The notes under the pieces are model-generated. The model was given only the letters and a program-made list of their open reading frames with translations. It did no database searches and was not told the origin of the DNA. Positions 13,881 to 26,765 of a stretch of 64,000 bases of DNA are shown here, piece after piece. This stretch comes from Camelus dromedarius (Eukaryota). The DNA lies in NCBI RefSeq assembly GCF_036321535.1, contig NC_087436.1, positions 39,558,001 through 39,622,000 of the forward strand, in the 5' to 3' direction. Both the position numbers and the translations under genes were made by a program. Position 1 is the first letter of the stretch; each line of letters begins with the position of its first letter.

Positions 13881-14974
13881 TTAGCTTGCTTTCCAGACAG
13901 TATTTCTTCTTATTTCTGTTCTGACGGACAACAACTGTAGTGTCACTTTACTTCTTGGCAGTTCCTTACCTGACAACAATTTCTGCACAGAATAGAAAGA
14001 AACAAAGAAGCAGCCTGAAAAGGTTGCCATTTCGGGGAAAGTAGATATTAGTCTTTCTCTAAAGAAGATGCCTTTATAATTTTAAGAGTGTTTCAGAACT
14101 TAGGGGTTTTGTTTGTTTTGTTTAAAAAAGGATTGGCTGTATCAGAGTAAGTTATCTTTACTATACATAAGGAATTCAATGAGAAGGAAAATGTCAAAAA
14201 AAAGGTAAATTGCATTTCCATGACAGGTTTTGCTGTAAGCACCCTACAAATAATTAGTTGTTATCCAAGACACTACCCAGCTAGTTAAAACTCAAATTGT
14301 TGGAAACTGCTAAAGTCATAAAGTTTATCTGATTAGCAGTTAAAAAAAATCTTTCTAGCTTGATAGACATAGATTTGTATAACAAGATACTTATTTATGA
14401 TTTTTTTTCTGTAAAAGGTAAAAGGTAAGTATCAAATACCATCTATACTGGCATTTATGAGAAATGTAAACCAATTGTAAGAGTGTAGCTGAGAAAAGAT
14501 ATGGGAAGCTTTATCTACACTTTGCAGCCACGGCCACGTGAATCTAGTGAGTTCCGGGTAGCGGAGATAGATGAATCATTACTGAGAAGAATAAGGAGCA
14601 AAACCATGGGTCCTGGTGCAAAATCAGTTGAAAAAAAAAGTAATTATTCTGTTTTTTAGGGGGAGGGGAGAGGAAGTTAAGGTGTATAAAAAGTATGTTA
14701 CTTACAACATTTATTATAAACTATGCCATTTCTGACCCTGTTGCTCAGTTCAAATCCACAAACATTTTTCTTAACCTATTTGCCACATGCTCCTCTGACT
14801 GGTTCACGGTGGGGCACGATTCTCTTTTTAAGTCTTGTTTGTGAAAAATTCAGAATTCAAAAGGCACAAAAGAGTTTACAGTAAAAAAATTTGCCTCCTA
14901 CCTCTGTCCTTCAGCCAACCAGTTTTGTTTTGTTTTGGTATCCTTCCAGGTGACCAAAGATTCAAAAGCCTTAG

Positions 14975-15138
14975 CATATATACAGACCATCTAGAAAGTT
15001 TATAAAAGTTCACTGGGCCTTATCCTCAGAGATTCTGCTTTTCTAGGTCTGGAGGGTGCCCTGATACCTGCATTTTAGAGAATCATCCCTGTGTTTCCTG
15101 ATGCAGGAGCCATTGGAATACCACTTGAAGAAAATGGG
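14975..15138. mobile_element. MER5-like DNA transposon remnant
   Basis: ctgggccttatcctcagagattctg...taggtctggagggtgccctg...ctgcatttta...ctgatgcagg. Confidence 0.6.
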
Positions 15139-16232
15139 CCAGACCCATCGTTTATCCTCATTGAAAGGATTTTGTTCACCAAAAGCCATCATTTTCTGTA
15201 GTGGTCTTTTTGAACACATTTTACAAACAAACATGTCTTGTGAAGTTTATAAATACATTTTGATGTTTTAGACTTAGAGCTAACCCTGGCACAAAGAACA
15301 ACTTAGTAAGTGCCCTTGGCTGTGACTTTGGAGGGCTTCCGGTTGGCTGACAAGTGTGTGGAGTTGCACAGAAGATTGCTTAAAAAAAAATCCCCAAAAA
15401 ACTGGTCCATACAGACATGTACAATTAGTTCCCAAATCCCCTTCAATCCTGTTTATTATTATTATTTTTTAACCAAGCAAAATTCGTCTTCATTTCCACA
15501 TGCATCTCTCAGATGCATATTATCTTACAACTTCTCTATGTAAAAGAATGCTTTTCAGCTTCATTTTTACTTTATTTCATAGCATTTAAAAGGTCCTGTG
15601 GAAGAAGACAAGCATACTGTAGTTAACCTCGTTAGGGGAAAAAATAAGGAAAACAGTTTATTTTTATGGGCTTGTGATCAAACTGTAGAAGTTTCATTTT
15701 TATTACCATGAAAACTATATGAGTTTCACCACTGTCAAGATACTACTTCATTACACGAGCACGTCTCTGGAAAATAAGTAAAACATTCTGAGGAGAAGGT
15801 TATTCTAATGAGACACTGGGCCTGAGCCTCCAATTCTGTAATTTCCCAGTTCAAACCTCTAATAACTCTGAATAACTAAAATTAAAATTGTAGTCTTAAG
15901 AGCTATTAACTCTTCTGAATTAACTAAAATTCAGGATGTCATCCTAAATTACACCACGATCCCAGGATACCTTTCCAGTCTTACCTGTGCTCAGGGCACC
16001 AGTCAGCTTGCCTTGCTTACTGCTCCCCAGTGTCACCTGGACACACCTACCTCCACGCGTTGCTTGTGCAGTGTCTTCTCTCCAGAATACACTGCCTTAC
16101 GTTTATACTTATGCCAATCCTATGAATCCAGAGTATTACATCTACATTTTCAGATCTCTCTAGGCAGATGCAAATCTTTTAAAAAATTAAGCCCCCCAAT
16201 TTTAGTCTTTTTGATATTAAAAACAATAAAAA

Positions 16233-16358
16233 TTTTTTTTTGTTGTTGAGGGGAGGTAATTAGGTTTATTTCTTTCTTTAATGGGGTGATCATGGGGGTT
16301 GAACCCAGGACCTAGTGCATGCTGAAGCATATATTCTACCACCGAGCTATACTCTCCT
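16233..16358 (-). mobile_element. tRNA-derived SINE (camelid Vic-1-like)
   Basis: Reverse-oriented head (gaacccaggacctagtgcatgct...ctaccaccgagctatac) with gggaggtaattaggttt tail and polyT. Confidence 0.85.
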
Positions 16359-16744
16359 CTCCATTTCTGACTTTTTTTTCACTCTAGCTTGTATTATGTA
16401 TTTTAAAACTACTTTTATTTGTGTCTAGATTGTAAGTTCCTTGGGGGCTGGTGTTGGGCCTTTCCAGCTTTATTCTGTGAACTGCCCATGAGATATAGTA
16501 TGTGCCTTGAGTCGGCACCAATAACCTTATGTTCATTCTGGTAATCCTTTAGCATCATTCAAATCATGTGCCTCCTCAGTGATTTATTTTTGTCTCTTCC
16601 AACTTTGGCCCCATTTGCCCTGTACTCTTCTCCCTGAACTCTGCCTGTTCCAGTCTCCACTTATTTTTTTACCGCCCACTTTCTTCTGTTTCCTGTGAAA
16701 CTTCCTTCTTTTGTAAATAAATGGTATGTTTAGGTCTTTGACTT

Positions 16745-16942
16745 TGCATGGTGGTTAAGAAAGTAGGTTCTTTGATCTTAGCAAGTTATTTAAACTCTCA
16801 GTACTTTAATTTACTTACAGAAAAGGAAAAAAGGGGTATAATAATAGTAACCACCTCATAGGGCTGTCATGATGATTAAGCATAATAAAAACATTTGAAG
16901 TGCTGCTTGGCACACAGTAATTGCTTAATAAGTAACAGCTAT
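16745..16942 (+). mobile_element. MIR SINE
   Basis: gcaagttatttaaactctcagt...ataatagtaaccacctcatagggctgtcatgatgattaag...ttggcacacagtaattgcttaataa. Confidence 0.75.
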
Positions 16943-16965
16943 TTGTTGTTGTTGTTGTTGTTGTT
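16943..16965 (+). repeat. (TTG)7 microsatellite at a MIR tail
   Basis: Read directly. Confidence 0.9.
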
Positions 16966-16969
16966 ATGT

Positions 16970-17930
16970 TACTGTGGCTTTGAAGGAACATAATTTCTCA
17001 TTTATCGCTTCCTTCCAGCAGCTTATCAACCTTACCTACACCTCTAGTCTCCAATCTCCTCATTTTTTCTGCATCTGTCAATGTTCATCTGATCACTTCC
17101 TCCACCGGGCAAGATTGTATGGTCCACAGTTTGAACTCCTCCCCCACCTTCACCCTCAGATTCCCAAAGTATCTTTCTGCTTTCAGTGTTCTACAGGTCT
17201 GAGACTTTGGATCAACTTTTCATTCAATTTCTTCACTCCCACGTATGATCTGTTCAGCACAGCTAGAGGGAAAATATACAAGGGGAGCTCTTCAGGTGAC
17301 AGCAGCACATGGTCCCCAGTTTCAGTGGAATCCTCTGCACTGTGGGATAGTCTTTTTCCTCATTCTCTATCTCCTCACTCTTCAGTTCCCTTCAGCAGCT
17401 GTTTCAAACTCTCATTCTTCTCTTGCGGCCTTTACTCATCTTCCACTCTCCCTAATTTCCCTAGTTCATCATCCCATGATTAACGGGGAGTAATGGTCAT
17501 TAGGCAGCAACTCTTTCAACTCCCCTCTCCATATGCATTTGTCTTTTAAAAAGTACCCTTGACACCTTCAGTGTCAGGCAGAGGTGTTCTATTTTGTATT
17601 CAAGACTAATATATCCTTAAGCGCATTTTACCCCATCTACTTTCAACTCCAGAGAAATCTCATTCTATCACTTATTTCTGTTTTCCGCTATTTTTGATCC
17701 TCTGGACTGGTCCCTCCCTAATACCTGAAAACATGTTTGTCTCTCCCATTGTGGGCTCTCTCTTGAGCTTTTTTTCTTTTCCAGCCACTGTTCTTCCCTG
17801 CCAAGCTCTTCAAAGGAGCAGTATTTAGGTGCTATCTTTACTCCTCATTTCTGTTCACATTTTAGTCCTTTGTAATCTGGCTTTTGTTCCCACTGTTCCA
17901 CTGAAAATACCTCATCAAAGGTGAGCAACT
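16970..17930 (+). mobile_element. LINE-2 fragment
   Basis: C/T-rich. tgtaatctggcttttgttcccactgttccactgaaaatacctcatcaaaggtgagcaa matches a conserved L2 segment. Accounts for ORF 16974..17483. Confidence 0.55.
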
Positions 17931-20900
17931 CTAAATATAATATCTGCAGTCTTAAAAATCTTGTGTAATGCATACATTAAACACTTCAGATTCATGGGAT
18001 ATAATCACTGAAGTGATATCATCACTTTTTTTTACACATCCCTTTAACATTTATTCAGGGTGGGTGGTTTTCCCTTATCCTTGGATGAAGGCTGGTGCAG
18101 GCAGCGTGGTCTCCTTAGCTTCTTAGGTGAACAGAAAGCTCTCATGTAGCTTTAAGTTGCTAAACACGGTCCTGATTTAGTAGTTTAAATCTCCTGGTCC
18201 AGAAGATAATAAAAACTCCAAACTTGTTGCCATATTAAATCTTCTTCTCTCTCTCAGCTGTGACCTGGTGCAGAAAAGAATCTGCAAGGGAGGCTGGGAA
18301 GAGAGGCTGATTTATCCTTCTCCAGTGGGTGATTTTATTCTTGCTAGCTCAGGTTTTGGATTCCTTAGTGTTTGGGACATGGAGATGAAGCAGGGAGAGG
18401 GATGCAGGGAATTACTATGCGATTGATAATGTCATCAGATGGCATATGTTTAAAGCCATTTGAGATCTTTGGAGATACTCCTTCTAGGCCCCACCCATGC
18501 AATTTCCTTTACAAAGTTACTGCATCCCTGAGTCCTTTGTTAGGAGCCCTTTTAGAAGGATTCCCGGATAACATTCCTACTAAGAATTCCACATCTGGGC
18601 CCTGAGATGTTGGGGCCTTTGGTCTGACTTTGGAAAAGAGGGCACATACTTCTTAGATGTGGCCCCCTCCTCTTCTGACGCAGACCATTTTAGCCAGTCT
18701 CTTTCTCATGCTTTGATTTTCTGAGTCACGAGGCAGACACCAGCCTAACATGGTCCTCTCCTGCAGGGAACACATGCCAGGCTCTCTGATAGTCCCAGGG
18801 ACCCTCACATAGGAGCCGAGATGAGCAGCAGGGCTGTCACTCACCCTCTGCTCTCCCCTGGGGAGAAAGCGGTGGGGATCACACTCCCTGCACAGCATAA
18901 CTTTCTCTAAAAATCTTCCTCACAAATTCTCCTTAGTTTCCAGGAACTTGATCATTTTATCTTAGATGTAGCTGAGACATTTGAAATTTTTTCATGGTGG
19001 TCCCATTTACAGCTCACTTTGGTGCTAATAGTCTTCATATTTTTGTGCTGTTATAACTGTTTTATGCTAAAAATTACTTCCATTAATTTTATCACCTTGT
19101 CCAATGGGAGAAAAAAGCTGTCACTTTCATTTTTAAAGCTTAAATTCATTGAGTACCGTTTTTCTACCTGGCTTGTGCCTTAGTCATCATTTAAGAATCT
19201 CAAAGGAAAACTCAATTGCAGAATAATTTGGCAAAGAGCCCGTTTGAATTTGGGATTTGATAGGCCTTACAGGAAAGCTGGAAGGGTAAATCAATTGCTC
19301 TCCATTAGGGACAGGTTTCAAAGGTACAGGGATGAGGTCAATGTAATTTAAAGCAATTTAGCTTGGAACATTTATCTTTTTTATAACATTTCTGTCTCAC
19401 TTAATTTTTCTGACTATACACTCAGAACTGCAAGTTCAGCCCTTTTATTACAAGCTAATGATTGATGATCAATTAACATTTCTGTTAGGTGCCAGAAGAA
19501 GTAATTCTATTGGTTTAATGCATTGCTATTACTTCGGCTGCTGAACAAATGTTTACATGCACAAGAGTGTCTCCAGCTCTCAGACCACCAATTTCCAGGG
19601 AATTCTGCGCCGTGTACCTTGGGTGTGCTGTTCTGATACTGAAAGACCATGGTGCTGTTATTTATAAACTAGACAACAGCTGTTCTTGTTCTGTTAGACT
19701 CACAAAGTGACAGGATAATGAATACAGTTACAGCTTATGATGGATTTAAAAATGATTAATTAAGAGAAATCCTTATTTAAGCAGCAACGTTGTACAAAAG
19801 TTATATTCAATTTTGCAATGAAAACGTTTTTTTTCCTAGCAGAAAACATTTTGCTTCTTAGTTTTAAAGCACTGCCTCCACAGCATAATGAAGATATAGA
19901 GAGGAGATGAAGTTAAACTTCCCTGAAGGTGTTTAATTTAACCAAAAAAACCTGACAGAATTAAAAAACAAAGACTCTTTAAGTAAATGGACCCGCACGA
20001 AAATCTGATTTTGGCTTATATGTGAATGAATTAAATTTCGGTAATCACAAAGATCAGCTTCATTATCAAGAGGCTTCAATGAATTGATTTCCTCATAACA
20101 CTGAATTCACCCTTGGGAGGAAGTAAACAAACCGAACTAGTATATTCATTTTGTGAATAAAAATAGCTAGGTTTTTAAAAGCTAGGAATTAATTGTTGTC
20201 AAGTTTCTAAGTAGACAAAAACACCTAAAAATTCTTTTAAAATATTTATTTTAAGGCAGCCCCTCTAATAGTCATTTGTAAAATTTTGAAAGATTTTGAG
20301 AGTGTCAACTTTGTCCAGAAATTTATGTAGAGGGTGAAGACTCAAAGGATGAGGAAGAACAATACTAAAGATTAAACACTCACTAGATTTTAACAGAGTC
20401 ACTTAGCTGTCTATACCTTTGGGGAGATAAAAAATACCAGGGCTTGACTGGGTCTACCCAGGCCACAGCTTACTGTTTTGACTGAAAAAAGACATTTTAA
20501 GAAATGAAGTTTGGCACAAGATAGAATAAGTGAAGTAGTTCTTTCAGAGCTTCGAAGGAGACCAACCCAGGTACAAAAGTCAGCTAAGGTACCATATGAA
20601 ACTTAATTAAAAGCAAGATTTCTAGAAGGGCATTTCTGCTGAGATGGAGAAAGAGAAGAAATATAAAGGATTCCAAACCTTCATGATCAGCACGGGCAGA
20701 GGCCACCTACTGCCAAAGCCTCTGGCAGCTGGAGTGGGAACAATACCATGGTAGAGGTTTCTAACTCTAGAGGTAAAATGTGGTAAGACCATAAAAGATC
20801 ATAACTAACCCAAATATCTACTTTAAAAAACTCTGTAGTAGGAACCCCCTACTTGGTCTATAATTTTTTATTACTGCTCTAAGTTACAAGTCCTTTAAAA

Positions 20901-21809
20901 TAACTTATTTATAGATAAACTAATCTATACTACTGTTACGGAATAAGGGGTTACATTTTCTAAAAGTGAATTAGCAGAGGAGTCAGGTAAACCATTTGGT
21001 TAAATAGAACTGGAGTTTATCAACGTTTCCTTTCTGAAACTATCAACCCTTTCACATAGTAGAAACCACCCAGAACCACACCTCACGGGTACAAGGAGAC
21101 TCAATGCGGCTCTGAAATCTGAAGTGTAGATTCAGTCTTCTATGAAAGGTCAACATTCTCATATTGACTTAAAGGGAAATCCTAAAAATATTGTTTGGAT
21201 ATTATTATTATTATCATCATTATTATTACAATCATACAGGCTTCAGACACGTCAGAATTCTGAAAGGACTACAAGGGTTTTTTTTTTTTTTTTAATAAAT
21301 GGTTCCATTCAACACCAATGTCGAGGGAATAGTGCCTGCTAAATAGGAAAATTCACCTTATTAGGGAGGGGAGGTGGGTAACTGGGCAGCGAGGAGGAGG
21401 GCAGGACTCTCCTGTCTCTTCCAGCTATGAAGTCAATTTTCTATACTTTTCTAAATATTGCTCCCATTTAAAGCTTTACAGAGAACGCTATGATGACACT
21501 CAGTTGTGCTACTTGGGGTGAGTCAGTGAACCTCCAGATGTTTAGGTGCCTCATCTGTAAAGATGGGATGATAGTTATATTCCCCAAAGGCTCAGGCTGC
21601 ATCACAAGACTTCTTAAATTCTCTTTCTGCTTATGGCACACAGACTAGTACTAGGCTGTCCGCACCTTTCTGTTCTTGGATGTCTGTATTCTTCCTTTAT
21701 AAAAATTTGTCTGTTGCTATCAACTTCTGGTAAGTTCTTTCCAGCTCTCTAGGTACCACTCTGACTTCAGGCCTCACTGCTTCTAACACTTATTTTGGAT
21801 AGGTAGTAT

Positions 21810-22370
21810 TGCATCATATAAAATTCTAAAGGTGCAAGAAGGCATACAGTAAAAAAAAATAAATAAATAAAGTCCTCTTACTCCTGTCCTTCAGTCACTC
21901 AATTCTTTTACCAAGAAGCCACAATATCATTGTTGTGTGTGTTTCCTTCCAGAAATAGTCTGCGTATACCAAAGCTGGTATGTATATGTATTTCTTTTCT
22001 TCTTTTTTTATTTTTAAAACACAAATGGGAACAAACTACACACAATTTTATGCTTTGATTTTTTTTAACTTAAATCTTGGAAATTGTTCAGTAGGAGTGC
22101 ATAAGGGACTTCCTTATTCTTACTGTATAGAAGTACTATAATCCTGCTCTGTGGATTGCTCTAGTTTATCCAAGAGTCCTTGTAATTTTACGCTACTGTA
22201 TATAAACTGGCATGTGAATCTGCTTGCTCTTTCACAAGTATATCTGAGGATATGTTCTTGGAAGTAGAATTGCTGAGGAAAATGAGATGTGCATTTGGAA
22301 TATTGATGGATATTGCCAAGCTACCTTTCATAGAGATTGAATCAATTTACACTCCTACTAGCAATTGGTA
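21810..22370 (-). mobile_element. Ancient LINE-1 (L1ME-like) fragment
   Basis: tcttggaagtagaattgctgag...gatattgccaagct...aatttacactcctactagcaa. Similar degraded pieces occur near 14835-14950 and 29570-29990. Confidence 0.65.
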
Positions 22371-23029
22371 AGGGTAAGGCTTTCTTTCTTTTTGCCTGAA
22401 ACCACTCTAATAACTTCCTTGCTTTTATTTCTCTCAACTCTATTACATCCCATATGCTAACACCAGAGACATTCTTCAAGGCAAAACTCTTTTGCTTAGA
22501 AAATATCAATAATTTCTTATTTTCCATTCAGTTAAACTCCTTTACCAAGCACTCAGAATCCTTGATAAAATAGGCCCATATTCCTTCCTGGGTCTCCTCT
22601 TCCATCACATACACTCTCTAAGGAGAAAACTGAGCTACTCCTTATTCTCCAATGCTCAGGCCCGATATTCATTTCCTTTGTAAAGAATGCTTTTCTCGCT
22701 ATGTGTCTTTCAGGCTAAATTCTACCCACTTTTCAAGGACTATCTCAAATATTACTGACTTAGTCAAGATTGATCAGCCCTTAGACTTATGATCTTTATT
22801 CTGCTAATAGTCAATGTACTCAGAATAAATAAATACTTCTACCATAATCATTGACTTTTGGTTCAGACATAATTCAAACCTCCTTGGTTGTGTAGTTGCC
22901 TAGTTCACTGGTGACAGGAAGGAAGAGGTAAGAAGCAGGATGGGTGCAAGGTTTTTAGTGTGAGTGCTGTAGAAGGTGGTGGCAAGGAACACATATGCAG
23001 TGAACACTCACTATGTGGTGAATAGTATA

Positions 23030-23195
23030 CATTTGTAATCTCATTACTCATAAGAAGAACCTTTACGGAGGTGGGTATTATGGTCCCCATTTTACAGTCA
23101 GACAAGCCAAATAGCTAGGAAACAGCTGAGTTAGGATCTAAACCCAGCTGTATCTAAATGCAAAGCCTGGACTCTCACACACTGCACTACACAGA
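23030..23195 (-). mobile_element. MIR SINE
   Basis: gaggtgggtattatggtccccattttacag...agctaggaaacagctgagttaggatctaaacccag. Confidence 0.7.
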
Positions 23196-24964
23196 CAGAT
23201 CTGGCCCAGGACAGTATCAAGAAATGGCTACTATCTCCAGCTGTATTTCCAAAGATGAAGAAAGAAAAACCTACAAAAGAACTGATATAAGAACATTAGC
23301 ATCACTGACCAGAACCATCTATTGTAAAATGCCCTACACTCTGTGGATATTAAATTATTAGAGCACAAAGAGATAAGCAAATCACATGCAGACCACTCTG
23401 ATGTAGAAGGCAGGGAAAGTTTCACTATATCTAGCAAGACTTTCATTCTGGTTTTTTTTTTTTTTAAATGACATGTGAATGGGTGAACTCTATCTGTAAT
23501 GAACTCACTTGTCTGTCACTCTGTAAACAAGATAAAATGAGTAGGGGTGTGTGTATGTATGTGTGTTACACTCACTCTTGAGTATTTGTCTTTCTCTTTG
23601 AGTGTCTGTATGTCTTGAGGCCCATCTGCAAAAGTGAAAATTTTCCCTATTTACAAATAAACTGATTTCACTATAAACTGGGAGGTAAGGCCTACTCAAC
23701 TCTAGATAAATGTTAAGCACATAGGAAATAGATGCAATGATAACATCAACAGTATTATTAAATTAAAAATAAATTAAACAAAATTAAGATAATATTTTCA
23801 GAATTAAGTTTTTTTTGAGTTACCAGAAAATGAAGGTAAAAGCCACTTTAATATAGGAGGCCAATCAATTGTACCCAAGAATAGAGTGGGTGAGTGAATG
23901 TTCAAAACCATTAGCTTTGTTGACTCTACTTTCAGATTAAACTTGATATAAATGACTGCTCATGGAAGAATTAGTTCAGCTAAATTTCCTTGCCTTCCAG
24001 ACTTATCAAATCCAATGCTTTTAAGATCTAAATGTTATTCAAACATCACTTAATAGGAAGTGATAATATCTTAGAGGGTTTCTGTATCTATAGCTTACAT
24101 ACCTATATATACTATGTATACACACATATTATGTTATAAAATTACTATATATAATTTATGATAAATATGTAATACATAATAAAATTGTTTACCATTTTGA
24201 TTTAATCTTGTACTTATTGGCTTTGACAGAGACTTACCATCTCAGATCTTATATATTATGGTAATTTTGGTACAGTTGATTACTTTTCCTGTTAAGATGA
24301 ACTAAATTTGTTAAGCTTTTCTTATGTTTTCAAAATAATTAAAATGAAGAGACTATTAAAATGTTTTCGTTTGCATCTATATATGACATGAAGCAGAATG
24401 CTTTCTGGAATATTAAATAATGATAAAACATCTCTAATATTTCTTTGAAATTCAATAGGCATTTAAAAATACACTTTAGCAGCTGTGTCTATTATATTTC
24501 AATTATGTTTTAGTGCTCTTTGGAGATGTAATTAAATAGCTATTTCCCATTACATGTTTCTTTAGCATTGTTACTCCTTAAGAAACATAAAAAGCCAATA
24601 GGATATTTTGTACAGAAATTTGGTGATTCATATTTACTGTCCTTGAAGTAAAGTAAAATAGTGTTACTCATTTGTGCCTCATTTCATTTGCCAATTGAGT
24701 ATGAATGCAGGGACAAAAAAAAAAAATGATAGAGAATAAGGCACCTCTTGGAAAATTTAAAGGCCTAGAGATGATCTGTAATCATTCAGCTTTCATGGTC
24801 AGAGGGCACAGGTGAGAATGCAGACCACCAACACAGACATGCTCATGGTTAGAGCAGATAAGTATCATTTCTTTCTTTGATATGGAGAATAAAAGCACAT
24901 TTATACTAATCAGTCATGGATACTTGATATTGTATATTATTACATAATATTAAGTGTGTATGAG

Positions 24965-25107
24965 GAGGGAGAGTATAGCTCAGTGGTAGAGCATGTGCTT
25001 AGCATCCACGAGGTTCCTGGGTTTAATGCCTAGTACCTCTGTTAAAAACAAACAAACAAACAAACAAACAAACCTAATTACCTTCCCCCAAAATAAAAAA
25101 TAAAAAA
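24965..25107 (+). mobile_element. tRNA-derived SINE (camelid Vic-1-like)
   Basis: gagtatagctcagtggtagagcatgtgcttagcat... (AAAC)n aacctaattaccttccccc, A-tail. Imperfect TSD taagtgtgtatgag (24951-24964) / taaatgtttatgag (25108-25121). Confidence 0.9.
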
Positions 25108-25111
25108 TAAA

Positions 25112-25445
25112 TGTTTATGAGTTAGAGTTCTCCAGAGAAGTAGAACCAACAGGATGTATGTGTGTATATGTATATATGGTAGACTGGTAGCCTGGAGACC
25201 CAGGGAAGAGTTGCAGTTTGAATCCACAGACAGTCTGCTGGCAGAATTTCCTCTTCCTTTTCAGGCCTTTAAATGACTGGATGAGGGCCAACCCACATTA
25301 TGAAGAGTAATCCACTATGCTCAGTCTACTAATTTAAATGGTGTGCCATCTAAAAAAATATTTTCCCAGAAACGTCTGGAATAATGTTTAACCAAATATC
25401 TGGGTACCTTGGCCTACTCTGGAAGTTGTAAAATTAACCATCACA
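25112..25445 (-). mobile_element. MLT2-type (ERVL) solo LTR, internally deleted
   Basis: gagttctccagagaagtagaaccaacaggat...gactggatgagggccaacccacattatgaagagtaa...aaaattaaccatcaca; both termini are characteristic of MLT2. Confidence 0.8.
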
Positions 25446-26005
25446 GAGAAGATGAATACTTTTATAAAAAAAGGTTTCATTTTCTTTTTCAGTACCAAGT
25501 GTAACATAACAGTTCATTAAACTCTTCTGTGTCATGCACGTTCTCCTTAGAACTAGTTTTATGACAGGTTTTGCTAGGAGAGAAGAGGGAGAGATGTGCA
25601 AATCTCTGCAAAACTAAAATTAGGACAGAGGTTCTGTGAGTGAAGAGGTGCCTTAGCCACCCTTTGACCAACCTGGGTCACTGGCAGGACCTCCCATTTG
25701 AGTCAATGCCTCTGTGTACATCTATGGAGGCTGGAGCCTAGGCTTCTGAGGGCCAAACTCAGTCAAGATTCTCTTGTCCGAGCCTGACATACATGGATCT
25801 GCTGGTCTTTGTATAATCATGCAGGCTTAGCCAATGAAAAATTTTAATTTTAAGGATGTGAAAATGCAGTTCTTTTAGTTTCATTTTCATCGGAGTTCCA
25901 AAGACAAAAGCTGTTAAGTCCTAAATTTCCAGAGTGAGATCCTGGATAACTTGTTTTCCCAGGGAAGTGGTTTATAAACCTTTGGCTACTCATCCTCTTG
26001 AGGAT

Positions 26006-26765
26006 TGTTGTGACTAAAGAATTTGACAGGTACTTTGTCCCCAGTTCCTAGGAGGAAAATTCCAAACCCTTAGAACTTCCCAAGTGATAGACATTCTTTG
26101 TTATTCATGGTGAGTCCTAATAGTTTATGCTTTTGAGGTGACTCATAGTGGGCCCTACATAGTTTATGCTAATGAGATGACTCAGTATAGGGAGAGGCTA
26201 AGCCAGAAAGACCAACCTTGTAATTAGAGGGTTAGAACTTTAAGGGATATGGTATCAGATGAATTCCTCTGAAGGAGGGAAGGGCTGGAGATGGAGTTCA
26301 ATCAAGTGGCTGGTGATTTAATCAAATGAGGCAATGTAATGAAGGCCCAGTAAAAACCCTGAACACCAAAGGTCAGTGGAGCTTCTTGGTTGGTGAACAC
26401 ATTGATGTTTCAGGGGGGTGATATGCCCTGATTCCACCATGAGCGGGCAAGGAAGCTTTGTGCTCTTTCCCCGACCTTGCCCTCTGTGTATCTTGTATAA
26501 TAAAACTATCATCCTAACTGCAGTGCTTTCCTGAGATCTGTGGGTCTTTCTAGCAAATTATTGAGCCTAAGGGGATAGTGGGAACATCTGAATTTGTAGC
26601 CAGTTGGTCAGAGGGCTGGGTGGTCTGGGGACCCCCCCAGCCACTTTGGCTGGTATCTGAAATAAAGGCAGTTTTCCTGGTAATAGGCTCTTAAATCTGT
26701 GGAGTCCAGTGCTAATGCCAGGTGGTTACCATCAGAAGTGAATTGAATTACAGTACACTTTGTTG
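26006..26765 (+). mobile_element. MER21-like solo LTR
   Basis: ccagaaagaccaaccttgtaattagagggttagaacttt...gctggagatggagttcaatca...aatcaaatgaggcaatgtaatgaaggcccagtaaaaacc...ctttcctgagatctgtgggtctttctagcaaatt. Confidence 0.7.

Noticed and set aside
16974..17483. Longest ORF in the track (169 aa)
   Set aside because: Ser/Phe/Leu-biased translation of pyrimidine-rich L2-like DNA; non-ATG start, no recognisable domain.
19640..19660. REST/RE1 site (ccatggtgctg; also ttcagtaccagcgagaacacc near 49937)
   Set aside because: Only one half-site matches; the GGACAG half is absent.
24965..25040. tRNA genes at the SINE heads (also 16233, 32249, 46385, 55745, 58493)
   Set aside because: They have A/B boxes but are diverged from each other and followed by SINE tails, poly(A) and TSDs.
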